NCBI GenBank assembly: GCA_020536535.1
Contig: JAHLWZ010000596.1
Location: 37,369 to 101,368, forward strand
DNA from: Pelomyxa schiedti
Lineage: Eukaryota; Protista; Evosea
DNA: 64,000 nucleotides
Reading direction: 5' to 3'
Shown here: piece by piece, positions 34,108-45,672 of the stretch
Layout of the letters: each line of letters begins with the position of its first letter
How positions within the stretch are numbered: position 1 is the stretch's first letter
The notes under the pieces: generated by a model
The model's database searches: none
The model's input: the letters and a program-made list of their open reading frames with translations, nothing else
What the model was told of the DNA's origin: nothing
Position numbers and translations under genes: made by a program

Positions 34108-37100
34108 CTACGGCACAAGGGCCACGAGGCTGGCCAATTCGGATTTGTACCTTTCCAGGAATTGTGGTCGCACTTTCTTCAGTTGACCATTGAGGAGCTT
34201 GGAGTGAACGTCCCATCTGTCGTGCACAATTCTTACACAGTGAGGTACTTCATGTGGCTGCAGGCCAGTATCCTTGGCCGCCTGCTGGATGGTTGCAAGA
34301 ACTGCCGCGGTGTCCTTCTCCACATCACCGGAAGATACAAATGTCGGCGGTACAGTTACAAGTGCCACAGGGAGAGAGAGAGAAGGTTGACTGTACAAAA
34401 ATCTGGAGTCGGAGTAAGTTATCTTGTGGGCGAGGGTGGAGGTCAACTAGGTACACACATTTGTTCCAGTACATTGGAACATCTTCCTTCGTATAACGCC
34501 TCTAGCTTGGATGGGAACAAGAGTTTGCCTCCGCCAACTGTCGTGACTGCAGCTACTCGCTCTAGTAAATGAAGTACTCCTTGGTCATCAATCGTGCCCA
34601 AGTCACCAGTATGATAAAATCCATCCTGCTAAGATAAGAAAATGAAGAGGTGATGGCGGATGAAACCTTAAAACATTCTAGAGTTTTTACGGGGTCCTTA
34701 TAGTAACCAGATGACATTGCAGGACACTTTACAACTACTTCTCCTCGCGGGAATGGCTTATCGTGGGTAGTTATTCCGAGATGTGGTAAGTCAACCAATT
34801 TAAGTGTAACGCCTGTAGAGGTACAAAGTTACTGAAAGAAAGGGGGAAAAAAATCCGACTACCAGGCATAGGTTTCCCGTCCTCAGTTATTGCACCACAT
34901 TCTGTAGCTCCATAAGACTCATGAAACGAAACTTCTGGTCCAAACAATCCCTTTGCCCATTGCATAACCTCAGGACTAGTTGCCGCACCACCAGTAATCA
35001 CAAAATGCAGCCGATCCCCGAAAAGAGATGAAATAGCCTAATTGATGTGAGACCCTTAGAACCATATTCTAATACCTTTTTAGTATTTCTTATTGTATCC
35101 TCTCCTGCTGGGGAAGCCTCTGCAAGTAATCTGGTACTATATAAATAATACAGGCCGTTCCAAATCTACACAGGCGAAGGGAGAAAAGTAAATGTGTGAC
35201 CAATGGTAAGATAAACTCTCAACCTTAGGAGGACAAGCCATGGCAGTGGGCCTTAGCTGGGAGACTTCTTGGAATAAACCTTCAACAAAGTGTGAAGAGG
35301 TCGTGGAAGTTTCCAGTTGCCCATCCTTCTTAGCTTGTTCGTGGTCTTCCCAATTTCTATGGGCATACTCCGAAAAACCGACTCGTCCACCATTACAAAA
35401 GAACTCCCACACTTTCATTCGATCACTGGAATGGCTGAGAGCAATGTAGGACGGTGTGATGAGAGGTTCGACAAATACAGGATTACATGTTATATCATTC
35501 CAGAAAGTGTTGCAGCTCACCATAACTTACGGGTTAAGTTAGGTCTCAAAAAGATTGCATGAATGACAAACCTGCTTTTGGACCGGCTGTGGAACCTGAT
35601 GTAAATAGTAATGTGTAGATATCACTTGGTCCACCTTCTGGCTGTTTGTCAGGACTCTCAAGTTCCGATGCAGTACTTCCCGTCCCCATCTTCATAACGT
35701 CTAAAAACCCATGCAAAGAGAAGGAACTAGTGGAAGGGGCCACAACTCCTTGTAAGTCAGGGAAGACTATAATGTGCCGGATGGAAGACCCCATTGCAGC
35801 AAAAATCATTTTGTCCAGTAAATCGCGGGAACACACAACGGCAGAGAGATCCGCTTTTGTTGCCAGTACGACCATTTGATCTGGTTCAAAAGTTGTGTGC
35901 ATACCAACAGGGCGTAGTCCCGCCAGGGCACAAGCAAAGTCCGTAAGAATCCATTCATAGCAATTGGGACCACAGATCCCCACAAAAGAGGACCTTGAAA
36001 CAAGACAACGCAATCCCCGAGCAAGATGCTGTGCAATGGAAACAGCGGATGAATAGGTGATCCATTTATATCCATCTCTTTCTCTAATTCCTCCTTCTAA
36101 GCAAATCCCAGGAACCTGGAAAAGGCAACTTCGCTCAGCTCGATTTCTGGGCATCCCAAGACATAACCTATCAGCATATTGAACTCCACAGTTAACAACA
36201 ACGCTGGCCAGTGAGTGAGGCATCCCACAAGGCACAACTTTATCTCTGAGCCATACAATGTGAGCGTTCTCTCTTGCCATTTCATGTAACACAATGTGTT
36301 TGTCAAGTTGAGTAAGTTCATCTGTGAGCCACGTCCATCCTCTGTTTCTTGCCAAAATTCCACAGTGATTCAACTCAGATAAAAGAGTATGACATGCAGA
36401 GCAGTGATTTATATTTTGGCATTCAAGACAATGGAAACGTTCAACACCTTCTCCTTCAGCACCCCACTCTATTAAGTCGCCACATGTGCAACACCATACC
36501 TGCCAATTTGGAAAGCCTGGTCCCTCAGGAAGAACTCCTTTATCTCTTAGGCTGGCAGGAGGCAACAAAATTCCACCAGCAGTAATTTGGTAAGGAATAC
36601 TGACACCCACCTTTTGTGCTGCTTGCTTCAGAGCATCAATTGACGAATTTAGACGTGCCATCAAGGAAGTTATAACAGGGTCAGAAGTTTCTTTTACCCG
36701 GGTAAAATTCTGATATTTCTCTTTCATTGCCTGCTTCATTTGCACAAACGCAGAGAATGCTTCAGACACATATTGGTGCAGTGAATTAGAGCCTCCTTCG
36801 CCATTTAGAATCAACTCCCCCCCTGGTGTACGGAAAAGTGATGAAACTGCTGAGACAGCTTCTCTTGTTTTTATCAAACTTGCTTCCTTCTCTTTTAGAA
36901 TCTCAGCTTTGGCTGACCACTCTAATTCCGCCTTGCTCCTTGCTCGCTCCTCTCGTTGAGATCTGAATTGCATTGCTAATTCTACTATTGGCTCGTAAAG
37001 TGCATTCAATTGAACTGCATCCTGCTTGCACACGCAAACGAATTTATAGTCAATATAGTCTTCAACTTGTACCGGCTTTAAGGCTGAAATCCTGGCATAC

Positions 37101-39368
37101 TCCGCTTCAAAGAGTGGTTTGAGATTCTTTTGTAATACACTCCGTCGGATTTTGCCAGTAGGTGACAGCTCTCCACTTTCTATTGACCACCTCTTTGTGC
37201 AAATGACTATTCCTATTGGGATTTCGGCTTTGGATAACCCCCTGCTTGCTGCTACATCTCGGATACTCGAGAGAATGTCATAGTATAAACTGGAGTCTGG
37301 CCCAACATCAGTAGGTAAGGCTGAATCCGAGATATTGGGAACAACAGCGGCAATAATGCCAGACTCCGAGCGGTCAGAGTAAATTAGTACATTGCCGACC
37401 AGAGGGGAAGAGCAATAGACCTCCTCAAGCATGGAAGCACTCATCCAGACACTTCTTCCATTTAAGTAAATTTCGGCAAGACTTCCTTTACGATCAATAA
37501 TATGCAGTAACCCTTGTGAATCAATCATTCCAATATCTTTTTTTTTTGTGAAAAAAAGAGAAAAGTTTTGGTGTGTTGCTTACCATTTGTGTGATACCAA
37601 CCAGCCTTGAATGCCCTTTCACTTTCTACTCTGGAACGCTCCCCCCAGTAAGATATTGGGGTGTGCTTTGAACGCACCAGTATTTCACCACGTGGATGAG
37701 GCTTGTCAGTTGTATGATAACCCATATCAGGTACGTCAAGAAGTTTTACGTCAATGCCATCACAAATTACACCATTGGCGGAAATTCCAGGCACCTCTGA
37801 TAATGTCATTAGATGAGACAACAAAGGAAGGTTGTACCAGTTGTGCCATAGCTGTTTATGACAGTGCAACCAAAACAATCTCTCATGAAGGAAAGTACTT
37901 GATCACTGATACTGGCCCCACCAGTTCCCACAATTGATAATTCTCCTCCAAGTTTTTTTGCATGTTCTGATAAAGCAGTCTGTCGAACGGATGCCATGAA
38001 TGGGGTTAATGAAGCATTTGCCGCCACACACAGAGTTTGTAGGATTTCCCCCCAAAATTTGTCTCCAACTAGTTTTGATATCCCTGTCAGGCTCGCATTT
38101 GAAGCCTCACTAGGACTAAGTTGTTGTAGCATATACCCCACTGAAGCACGCATTTGATTTGAAATAGATACTTCAACAGCTTTCAAGAAATCGGAGTAAA
38201 ACCTAAAAGGCCTTAACTACACTTCGAGATTCCTAGCACTTACCTATTCCAGAAGTGTGGCATTCTGTAAAAAGTCAGATGTGGGGAGAAAAAGTCAAGT
38301 TTCTTACGCTGTAAAAATGCGAGGTTTTATCTGCTGCAAGTCGCTAAGCAGGTCCTCATATTCCGATCTGGCAAACCCTAAACAGTTTTAGAAGAAGCAG
38401 TAACTACTGAGAACAAACCTATTTGACCACCAGCAAAAGTCATTTGCCACACCACATTCCTATCCATGCCGTGCGCCAGAGCAGAATAAGATACGCCTAC
38501 TTTCCTTGGCCCCAAACGTGACATTCCGCCCTTCCAAGAGTCCTCAAGCCACCGTTGCTTGCTGATTGCAAGACCTTTAGGTATACCACTAGTGCCACTG
38601 GAATAGATAATGGTATAGGGGGATTCACGAGGAACTAGTGATTTGTTAGTTGCTTTTGAGTGATGAACTGAAACAAACCATAGGATAAGAATTTTGGAGT
38701 GCCATATCCTGAGTTTGAGGTGCAGGTGTGAGACCTGTGTTTGACGGAGTCTACAAGAGACATATACTCGATTACTTGTGCTGTTCTTGAGGCATCTCCA
38801 CATTTCAGAGGATTGTCATGTGGCATTATCACTATGAACTTGAGTGTAGGACACTTCTGAGAGGCTTCCAAAAATATGTGAACCATAGATGGGTCAACTA
38901 TAATACAATTAACTGCCGACTCAGAAATAACCCCTTCAACTTCTTCCTGTGGCCTGCACAATACAAGAGATGATAAGGGATTACTTAGAATTCTATTGAA
39001 AAAGTCGCTTACCACGACGGATGAAATCCAACAGAGGTGTAGTCATTGAAGGTGCAAGCAAAATCTGTCAGACACCACTCAGGTCGATTTGGGCCACAAA
39101 TTCCAACTACGCCACATTCTCCCAGCAGCTCTCTAAGTCCACATGCTTGTGTTTTGAAAATAAATCAGTTTTCGTCAACCAACACTAATGGAAGAGAGCA
39201 AAAAGGCCACGCACCCAGGTGCCTAACAGCAAGAGCAACATCACGGTATGACACCCAGTGGTAGATCCCGGTTGAATGACTTCTAGATCCAAACAGTGGC
39301 GCATCCCCAAAACTAGTCAATGCACCCCCCAGCGCTCCAACGAGATTTTCATTGTTGGTTGTGCTCAT
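34108..39368 (-). CDS. Tandem double AMP-binding (long-chain acyl-CoA synthetase / CAR-A-like) protein with an internal ZZ-type zinc finger
   Basis: Domain 1: YSSGTSGIPKG, YGTT, GYHTTDKPHPRGEIL, IIDRK, SPTGKIRR. Linker: CCTC...RFHCLECQNINHCSACH. Domain 2: FTSGSTAGPKA, YGATECG, DKPFPRGEV, YHTGD, GQLKKVR. Exon 35546-37528 spans the junction without a stop. Confidence 0.85.
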
Positions 39369-39572
39369 TTTCTTGGTTTTTGTCTTTTGGTTGGTTTAAT
39401 TTGCTTGTCAGTGTCGATTTTTTTTTGTTGTTTTTCCATGCCCGTCGATCGCTTTTGTTGGTTTTTTTTTTTTCGAATTGGAGTAATTACGGTAATGAGA
39501 GGGGAATTTATCGATCAAATGGTGTCGCGCCTGTTGGTTTGTTGCTTGAGCGAAACGAGTTTCTCATTTAAA

Positions 39573-41918
39573 TCAAGGCAGTTGGTTTTGGTTTTGCTGT
39601 GGATTGAGCAAGTTCTCCAACGACGAATGTGAGAGTGGTGTCGTGGTGGGGTTTGCCGTCGACGAGGAGGACATGGGCGCGGGGCTGTGCTGTGGCGCCA
39701 TTGGCGCAAGTGGTGCCAGTGGTGCAATTGGCGGAATTTGAGAAGCTGATGACGGCGCCGAAATCAACGACGCGAAGCCGGGCGCGAGAAGTTGGCCTAG
39801 CAGCGCGCTGGTATTGGAACCGGGACTGAGGTTGAGGCCGAGGCCGAGAGTGAGATTGAGATTGGTTGGTAGCTCGTAGGATGTCGGGGTTACTGGGCTT
39901 GTTGTGGTGACTGCTGCTGCTCCTGATCCTGCTCCTGCTCCTGCACCGGACGAAGACGACGGCGAAGGCGACGCCGACGTTGATGTTCTGGGGTGCTTGG
40001 GCGTTCGTGGAATACTTGCCGAGTATGTTGTTGCTGTGTTGAAATCCTGCTGGGCTGGAGGAGAGCAATTTGCGTTGGAAGCTGGCTGTCTTTTCCTACT
40101 TCTGGGAGTCTGCTGGGTTGTGTCTTGCTTCTGGGCACGTTTGGCCTCTGTGTTTTGTGAGTTGAGTTTTGTTTTGGTTGGATATATATCTATTAATATA
40201 TTAGTTTGGGATTGGCTGGCAAATGTTTGGAGTGGCATCTGTACTTGAGGCGACACTTTGAACTGCGCGGGATTGTAAAACAAATGACGATGAGTGGAGA
40301 ACTGTGCCAGGCTGCAATTCGACAACAAGTGTTAATGCTGTGTGAAGGTGATCCCTATGGAAAGCGAAAGTCAACAAGAAAAACCATACAGAGCTTAATT
40401 TACCTGGATGAGGAACAGTTGGATTTACAATCATCGAAAATGAATACTTCCATTGGAGTCGGTACGCCATTTAAAACGTGAACTGGATGGAAGGGTGACT
40501 GAGCTGATACACCTATAGACACTACTTTTCTGTTTGGTGAACATTGTGCGCAGTTTTCCACCTCTGTTGTGATGCATTTTAAGTAGGCATATTTGTGTCC
40601 AAAATAATGGCAGTACAAGGCCCACCTTCATCGGAATTCTCTCTGCAGCATCTAGCGTTCAAACCAGCTACAAGGATATCATCACATGACAAAGCGAGAT
40701 GTTGTCTTAGATGAGGATCGATTTTGACTATCATCTAGAATGAAATTAATCTTCGGCACGAAACGGAAACTGGGCAGCAACCTGAAACCGTTTGTGCTTA
40801 AAAATCTTACACGTGGATAGGAGTAGCTCAAGGGATTTGTCCCCTGAACCCAAAATTGATGGAGGTGAAGTGGTTGGTGGGGAAGTAAGATGTTTCTTCT
40901 TCTGCCCCATTTCTGGGCTTTCATTATGAAATAGTGCTTTGTGCAGTGGTTGCCCATCTGATTCCCAAATCAAATTATGTGGTTGTCTGTGAATCACTGA
41001 ACCCAAAGTGGGCCCCTGCGCATTCTGTGGAGATGATGTTGCTGGTGCTGATGATGCCGCTGCTGTATTTATGAGTGCATTTTGCGAAATTAGTTGCTGT
41101 ACCAAGTGTTGCTGCAAAACGTGTTGTTGCAGAAGCAGTAATTGCTGCTGCTGCTGATCAGCGGGGCTGCCATTGGCGCCCGCGCCCAACAGTGCTGGTT
41201 GCTTCTGAAAAAGTGAGTGTAGCTGCAGCAGGGCTTGAACCTGCGGTGTGTTGAGTGGAGGAGGTGGTGACTGCGATGTTGCCAAACCAGAACCTCCAGC
41301 TGATGAAGAGGATGGGGAAGTGTTTGAGTTTGCTGGTAGGATTCCTTGTGTTTGCTGTTGTTGCTGGTCCTGTTCTTGCTGTTGGTGCATTATCTTTTGT
41401 TCAATAGTTGGTGGAGCTGTGATAGGCAAAAGAGGGGGTGGTGGAAGAAAAGGGAGTGCGGAAGTTGGGGTCTGACTCTGACTCGGGTTGGATTGCTGAT
41501 TCTGAAGGCTCTGTTTTACTTCAAAAAGAGCCTGGAGGAGAACTTCCTGAGTCTGACGAAAGGCATCCGAGGATGGAAAATCAGCCGGTTCTTCTTTGGG
41601 TTGGTCTTGAGGAGAACTTTGATAGGCAGTGGGGGATTCCTTTTTTTGTGAGTCGAAGTGGAAGCAAAGTGGCAGAATGCCAGAGTCGTGAAAAGATAAA
41701 GACCAGCAAAAACAAAAAAAAGTCTGAGATGGGAGACGACGAACAAAAGGGTGTGGGTACCATTGGATTTTTTTTGTGCGCCAAGTTGGGGGCTGGGGGG
41801 AGTGGGATTTTGCCCCTGAGAGGTGGGGGTTTTTTAAAATTGTGTTTTTGGCTGACATACCTCCTCTGGCAAAGGGGCCTCTTTCTTTACTGAACGAGAC
41901 ATCAATCATTAAAAACAC
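39573..41918 (-). CDS. Q/P/S-rich protein with a conserved Cys/His domain (putative transcription factor), paralog A; start uncertain
   Basis: Spliced core: STCKIFKHKRFQ|MIVKID...CDDILVAGLNARCCRE|ENCAQCSPNRKVVSIGVSAQSPF...FDDCKSNCSSSR|DHLHTAL...FVLQSRAVQS. Poly-Q flanks and a basic RSRKR stretch. Confidence 0.7.
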
Positions 41919-42755
41919 AAAAGCAGCAGATGGTGCACCCTGTTCCTTTATCTTTTTTCCCTCCCTTTGTTTTTTTTAATTATTTATTGTTTGTGCTTTT
42001 TGATCAATCGGGACTGGCTTGTGTGCACCACGGGCAAGTGATCAATAAAAAAAACCAAAATGTTCCACAGGCAAAAGAGAACTCCAGGCCGAAGAACAAA
42101 AATGAAAATTTCCATTCCCTTTTGCTTACTTGAAGTTGCGATTTATCCAAGGCTTAGCGGAAACGTAACTTCGCTTTATTTACCTCCCCGGCTTTCTGCC
42201 CTCTGGCTGTAGATTTCCGATCTCCCGTACTCGGGTGGCCCTCACCACCCTCCGTATTTCGTTGTTCTGCCGCCGCCGGGCCAGAACTGAAGAGCCAAGG
42301 GAGGGCAGGGAACTATCATCTCCGGAGTTGATGTAAGCGAAAATTCGATTGACGCAGCCATTCTTTGAGGTGCGGGTGTTGATGGCTTACTTTTTTGGTG
42401 TTAGCGGACGTTTTTTTTTAGTCCTTGGTTGCCTCGATGACTCCCAGAATCCCTGAGACACAAGTGGGGCAATGTGAATTGAGTTCTAGATTGTCCCTAC
42501 GCAGGTAAGTTGCGCAGCACTGGCTGCACTTCAGGGCTTCTTTGTTGTGGTCCAAAACGAAAAAGTCCTGTTGAGGGTCATGTGAATGTTTTAGTTATTG
42601 TATGTTACAGCATCTTTTATGTATTCACGCGAGTTACATGATTTTCGGGAGGTACCTGGAAATCAAAGTGCAGAGGATCACCGCACGTGCTGCATTCCCG
42701 AGCGAATGAAGATGTGGGGAATTTACAATGGAAGCAGGCATGTATTTGAGTTTCC

Positions 42756-45323
42756 TTAATGGTCATTTGTTTCAGCTTCTCCTCCTCCTGAGCCTTTTTT
42801 TATTATTATTGGCGTGGTGCCATAGAAATGTGGGGCTTTTCTTACCAATAAACTTTCCAGATACTCAGTGTCTGGTGGGTGAATGGTGAGAAGTGATTTT
42901 ATCCAGGGTATCGAGCATGTTGGGTTGTTTGCCTCAACATTGTAATAGATACAAATACGTAAAGAGGCTGCTCTATGTGCAAGGCGAAGGGGTACACCTG
43001 CATAACAAATGATGTTAATAAAGTCACTCATCCAAGTTGTTTACCTGCTAGTAGGTGAGAAAGGAGAGAAATCGCCTCCAGATCAAGGGGGGAATTTGCC
43101 CTAATCTCGTGTATTTTTTGAAGTAGTTGGAGTGCTACTTTGTATGAGACACACTGTAATCTTTCCTCTGGACAGTTTTCACTTGCTTTTGATAAGCACA
43201 TTACTTCTAAGGTGTAGGCTTCGGAACCAACTCACCAAGGAGTTCCAGTGCATGTTGCACATTAGCAAGTCCCTTGGAGTAATCTGCACATTCCATGCAG
43301 TGCATTGCCTCTCGGAGGGAATCCGAAGCCTATTGGGACTTAACATTCTGTTGACTGTGTAATGGAAACCTGAAAAAGAGGAGCTTTCGAACTTTCAGCT
43401 TGAAGCGAATCAAACTAAGATTTTAGGGGTTATTTGTTAAAAATAATATCACACTTCTACCTGACCAAATCCAGGCTCCGACGACGTCAGCTGTGGTGAG
43501 GGTGAAACAGAGTTGGATGGGAGAGGAGAGCTAGAATGCATTTCAGTTATCATCACTGAATTGAGGTGGGAAAAAAAACTATTAATGAGAAGAAAAATAC
43601 TTGACTGAGGCCTTCTTCTACGAGAGGGTTGTGCTCCAACAGTTCTTCTGGAAGAATTTAAGATTCCTAGAGAGCAAAATAAAAAGGGAACTTGAAAGAC
43701 AGCTGTGAGGTGAATTCTGCCAGGACTTTCTTATTTGCTTCTTCCTCTTTCGCATCAATTAGTGATGTAGCAGATATTACAATATTGATTGGCTGAGGTT
43801 TCCTTGTTATATGTTAGACCCTCATTTAACTGGATTATTGTACTTGTCATCTTCATCGTCACTGAAATCTAAAAATAGTTAAGTTATTGGGAGGGGGAAA
43901 AAACAAAGTACAAGGAAGACACACCCATGGCAGATATAGAGACGTGTGATGCTGAGTCACTGTCATCTAACTCGCGGCGTGTACTGGAAGGTTTACTTCC
44001 AGCTGTTGATTTCTCACTATCTGCTTTTTCTCCTTCAGCTAATGGATTGGTCCTGAACGCAATGAAATAGAATTAGAGGTACGGTGAATGATGACTATTC
44101 ATACGGAAATTGCTTGCTTATTCTTTTTCTTGCAGCTATTTTGTGTAAGTCAAGATGTCACAAAAGGGGAAAATACTTTCAGTTGGCTTTGTGGGTGCTG
44201 GTGAAGCTGAACTTGGTGTATTTGAAGGTACAGGAGATGGTGATGGACTAACATTTGTGCTTGAAGTAGTTGGAGAGGCTCCAGAGACAACAGGTGTTGA
44301 AGATGGTGAAGGTGGCGTGGATTTGACAAATGCGTTTTTGATGAGGGCATTAATCATGGATTGAAGTTCGAGCCATTCTGGCGGATTTTGTGAAGTCCAT
44401 TTATCGAAGTCATGCCATGAAAAACCATTTTTGTCCTTTAAATCCGCTCTGGCGAATATTTGATCCACCTGTATTGTAACGGTTTAGCTGCAAAAGAAAT
44501 TTAAAGAGGATAAGGGGGACAAAGGCATGCCCTCAAATTAACAGCTGGTTTATCCCAAGATTCAATAAAACTGCGCTCGTCATCTGAAAGGGACAAAGTG
44601 AGCCACGTTGCCATATCTTCCTTGGAAATAGTGCCATCGCCATTCACGTCAATCATTCCAAAAATAACTGCCAGGAATTACCCCCAAGTTAGTCCGAGTG
44701 GCCCACCAATTACAAGCTCATTGCCACAATTACAAGCCAATACAGTCATCCCACAATCCCAAAAGTTGGTACATACTCTTTGGCCTCTCCTTCACCGCCG
44801 TCCGGTCCTGCATGCACATGCACGCGACGCCGGCCACAAAGTCGCTGGCCCCGACCCTCGGCCCCTCCTTCTTGGCCGACGCCGCGGCGGCCGAGGAGGA
44901 GCCGCCGCTCCCGGGCGGGGCCGCGGGGGCGCCGCCGCCCGACGACGTGGACGCGGACGAGGTGGCCGCGAACATGGAGCACAGGCGGCCCGCGATGGCG
45001 AGCCCGCAGTCGCCCCCCGAGACCCCGAACGCATAGTTGGCCAGCTGCTCCGCCGTGAACGTGGGGTCGCTGCCCGCCACGGCCCTGTGCACCTGCTCGT
45101 ACCGCTGGAGCTCGTTGGGCTCGACTGTCCATGGCCATCGAGAAGAGGGTTAGTGGTGTGTGTGGGGTCATGAAAACAGGCAGCCAAGAACATGGGCAAA
45201 CACTTTAAAAAAAAAAAACTGTGCGTAGTGGCGGCGTCACGGCCATTGAGGCACTCGAAAACGTGGTTGTGGTTGGGTGACCTTACGCTTTTTAACGAGT
45301 TTCTTGCTCGCCTTTGACCCCAT
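42756..45323 (-). CDS. N-myristoylated EF-hand protein (NCS/calcineurin-B-like N-terminus) with a long uncharacterised C-terminal region
   Basis: Exon 1 is MGSKASKKLVKK. EF loop DVNGDGTISKED, then VDQIFARADLKDKNGFSWHDF. Downstream exon linkage is less certain. Confidence 0.65.
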
Positions 45324-45672
45324 GAAATCAAAAAAGTTTATGATAAGAAGGAAGCGAAAAAAATCTCATCACTGGCTCTCCTCTGTTGGTGGGGGCGGTC
45401 TATGGTCTGTTTTCTTTTGGTGATTGTGGACAACCAAGCGGTCGGTGTCTGACGAAAGGCTGGCAGGGGAATTTGTGCGGTTTTCACGTTTACACTACAA
45501 AAAGGGCAGCTCGGCTCGGCAGCCCTGGGGGCTCTGATTGATGAGCGTATGGTTAGGGGGAGAGACCCTTTGAAGCTCAACGACAGATCCCAAGGTGTGT
45601 GGCCAAGCCGCCCCGAAATTAATGGCTGCATAGAACATCTTTTCTAAGGAACGTCGAATCCCTCATACGTAA

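Noticed and set aside
39573-41918. Assignment of the Cys/His-domain proteins to CudA or STAT
   Set aside because: I could not match diagnostic motifs of those families from the sequence, so the domain is left unnamed.
44469-44530. Possible GC-AG intron in the EF-hand gene
   Set aside because: An in-phase GT donor (GTTAAT) 12 nt upstream works equally well, so a non-canonical site is not required.
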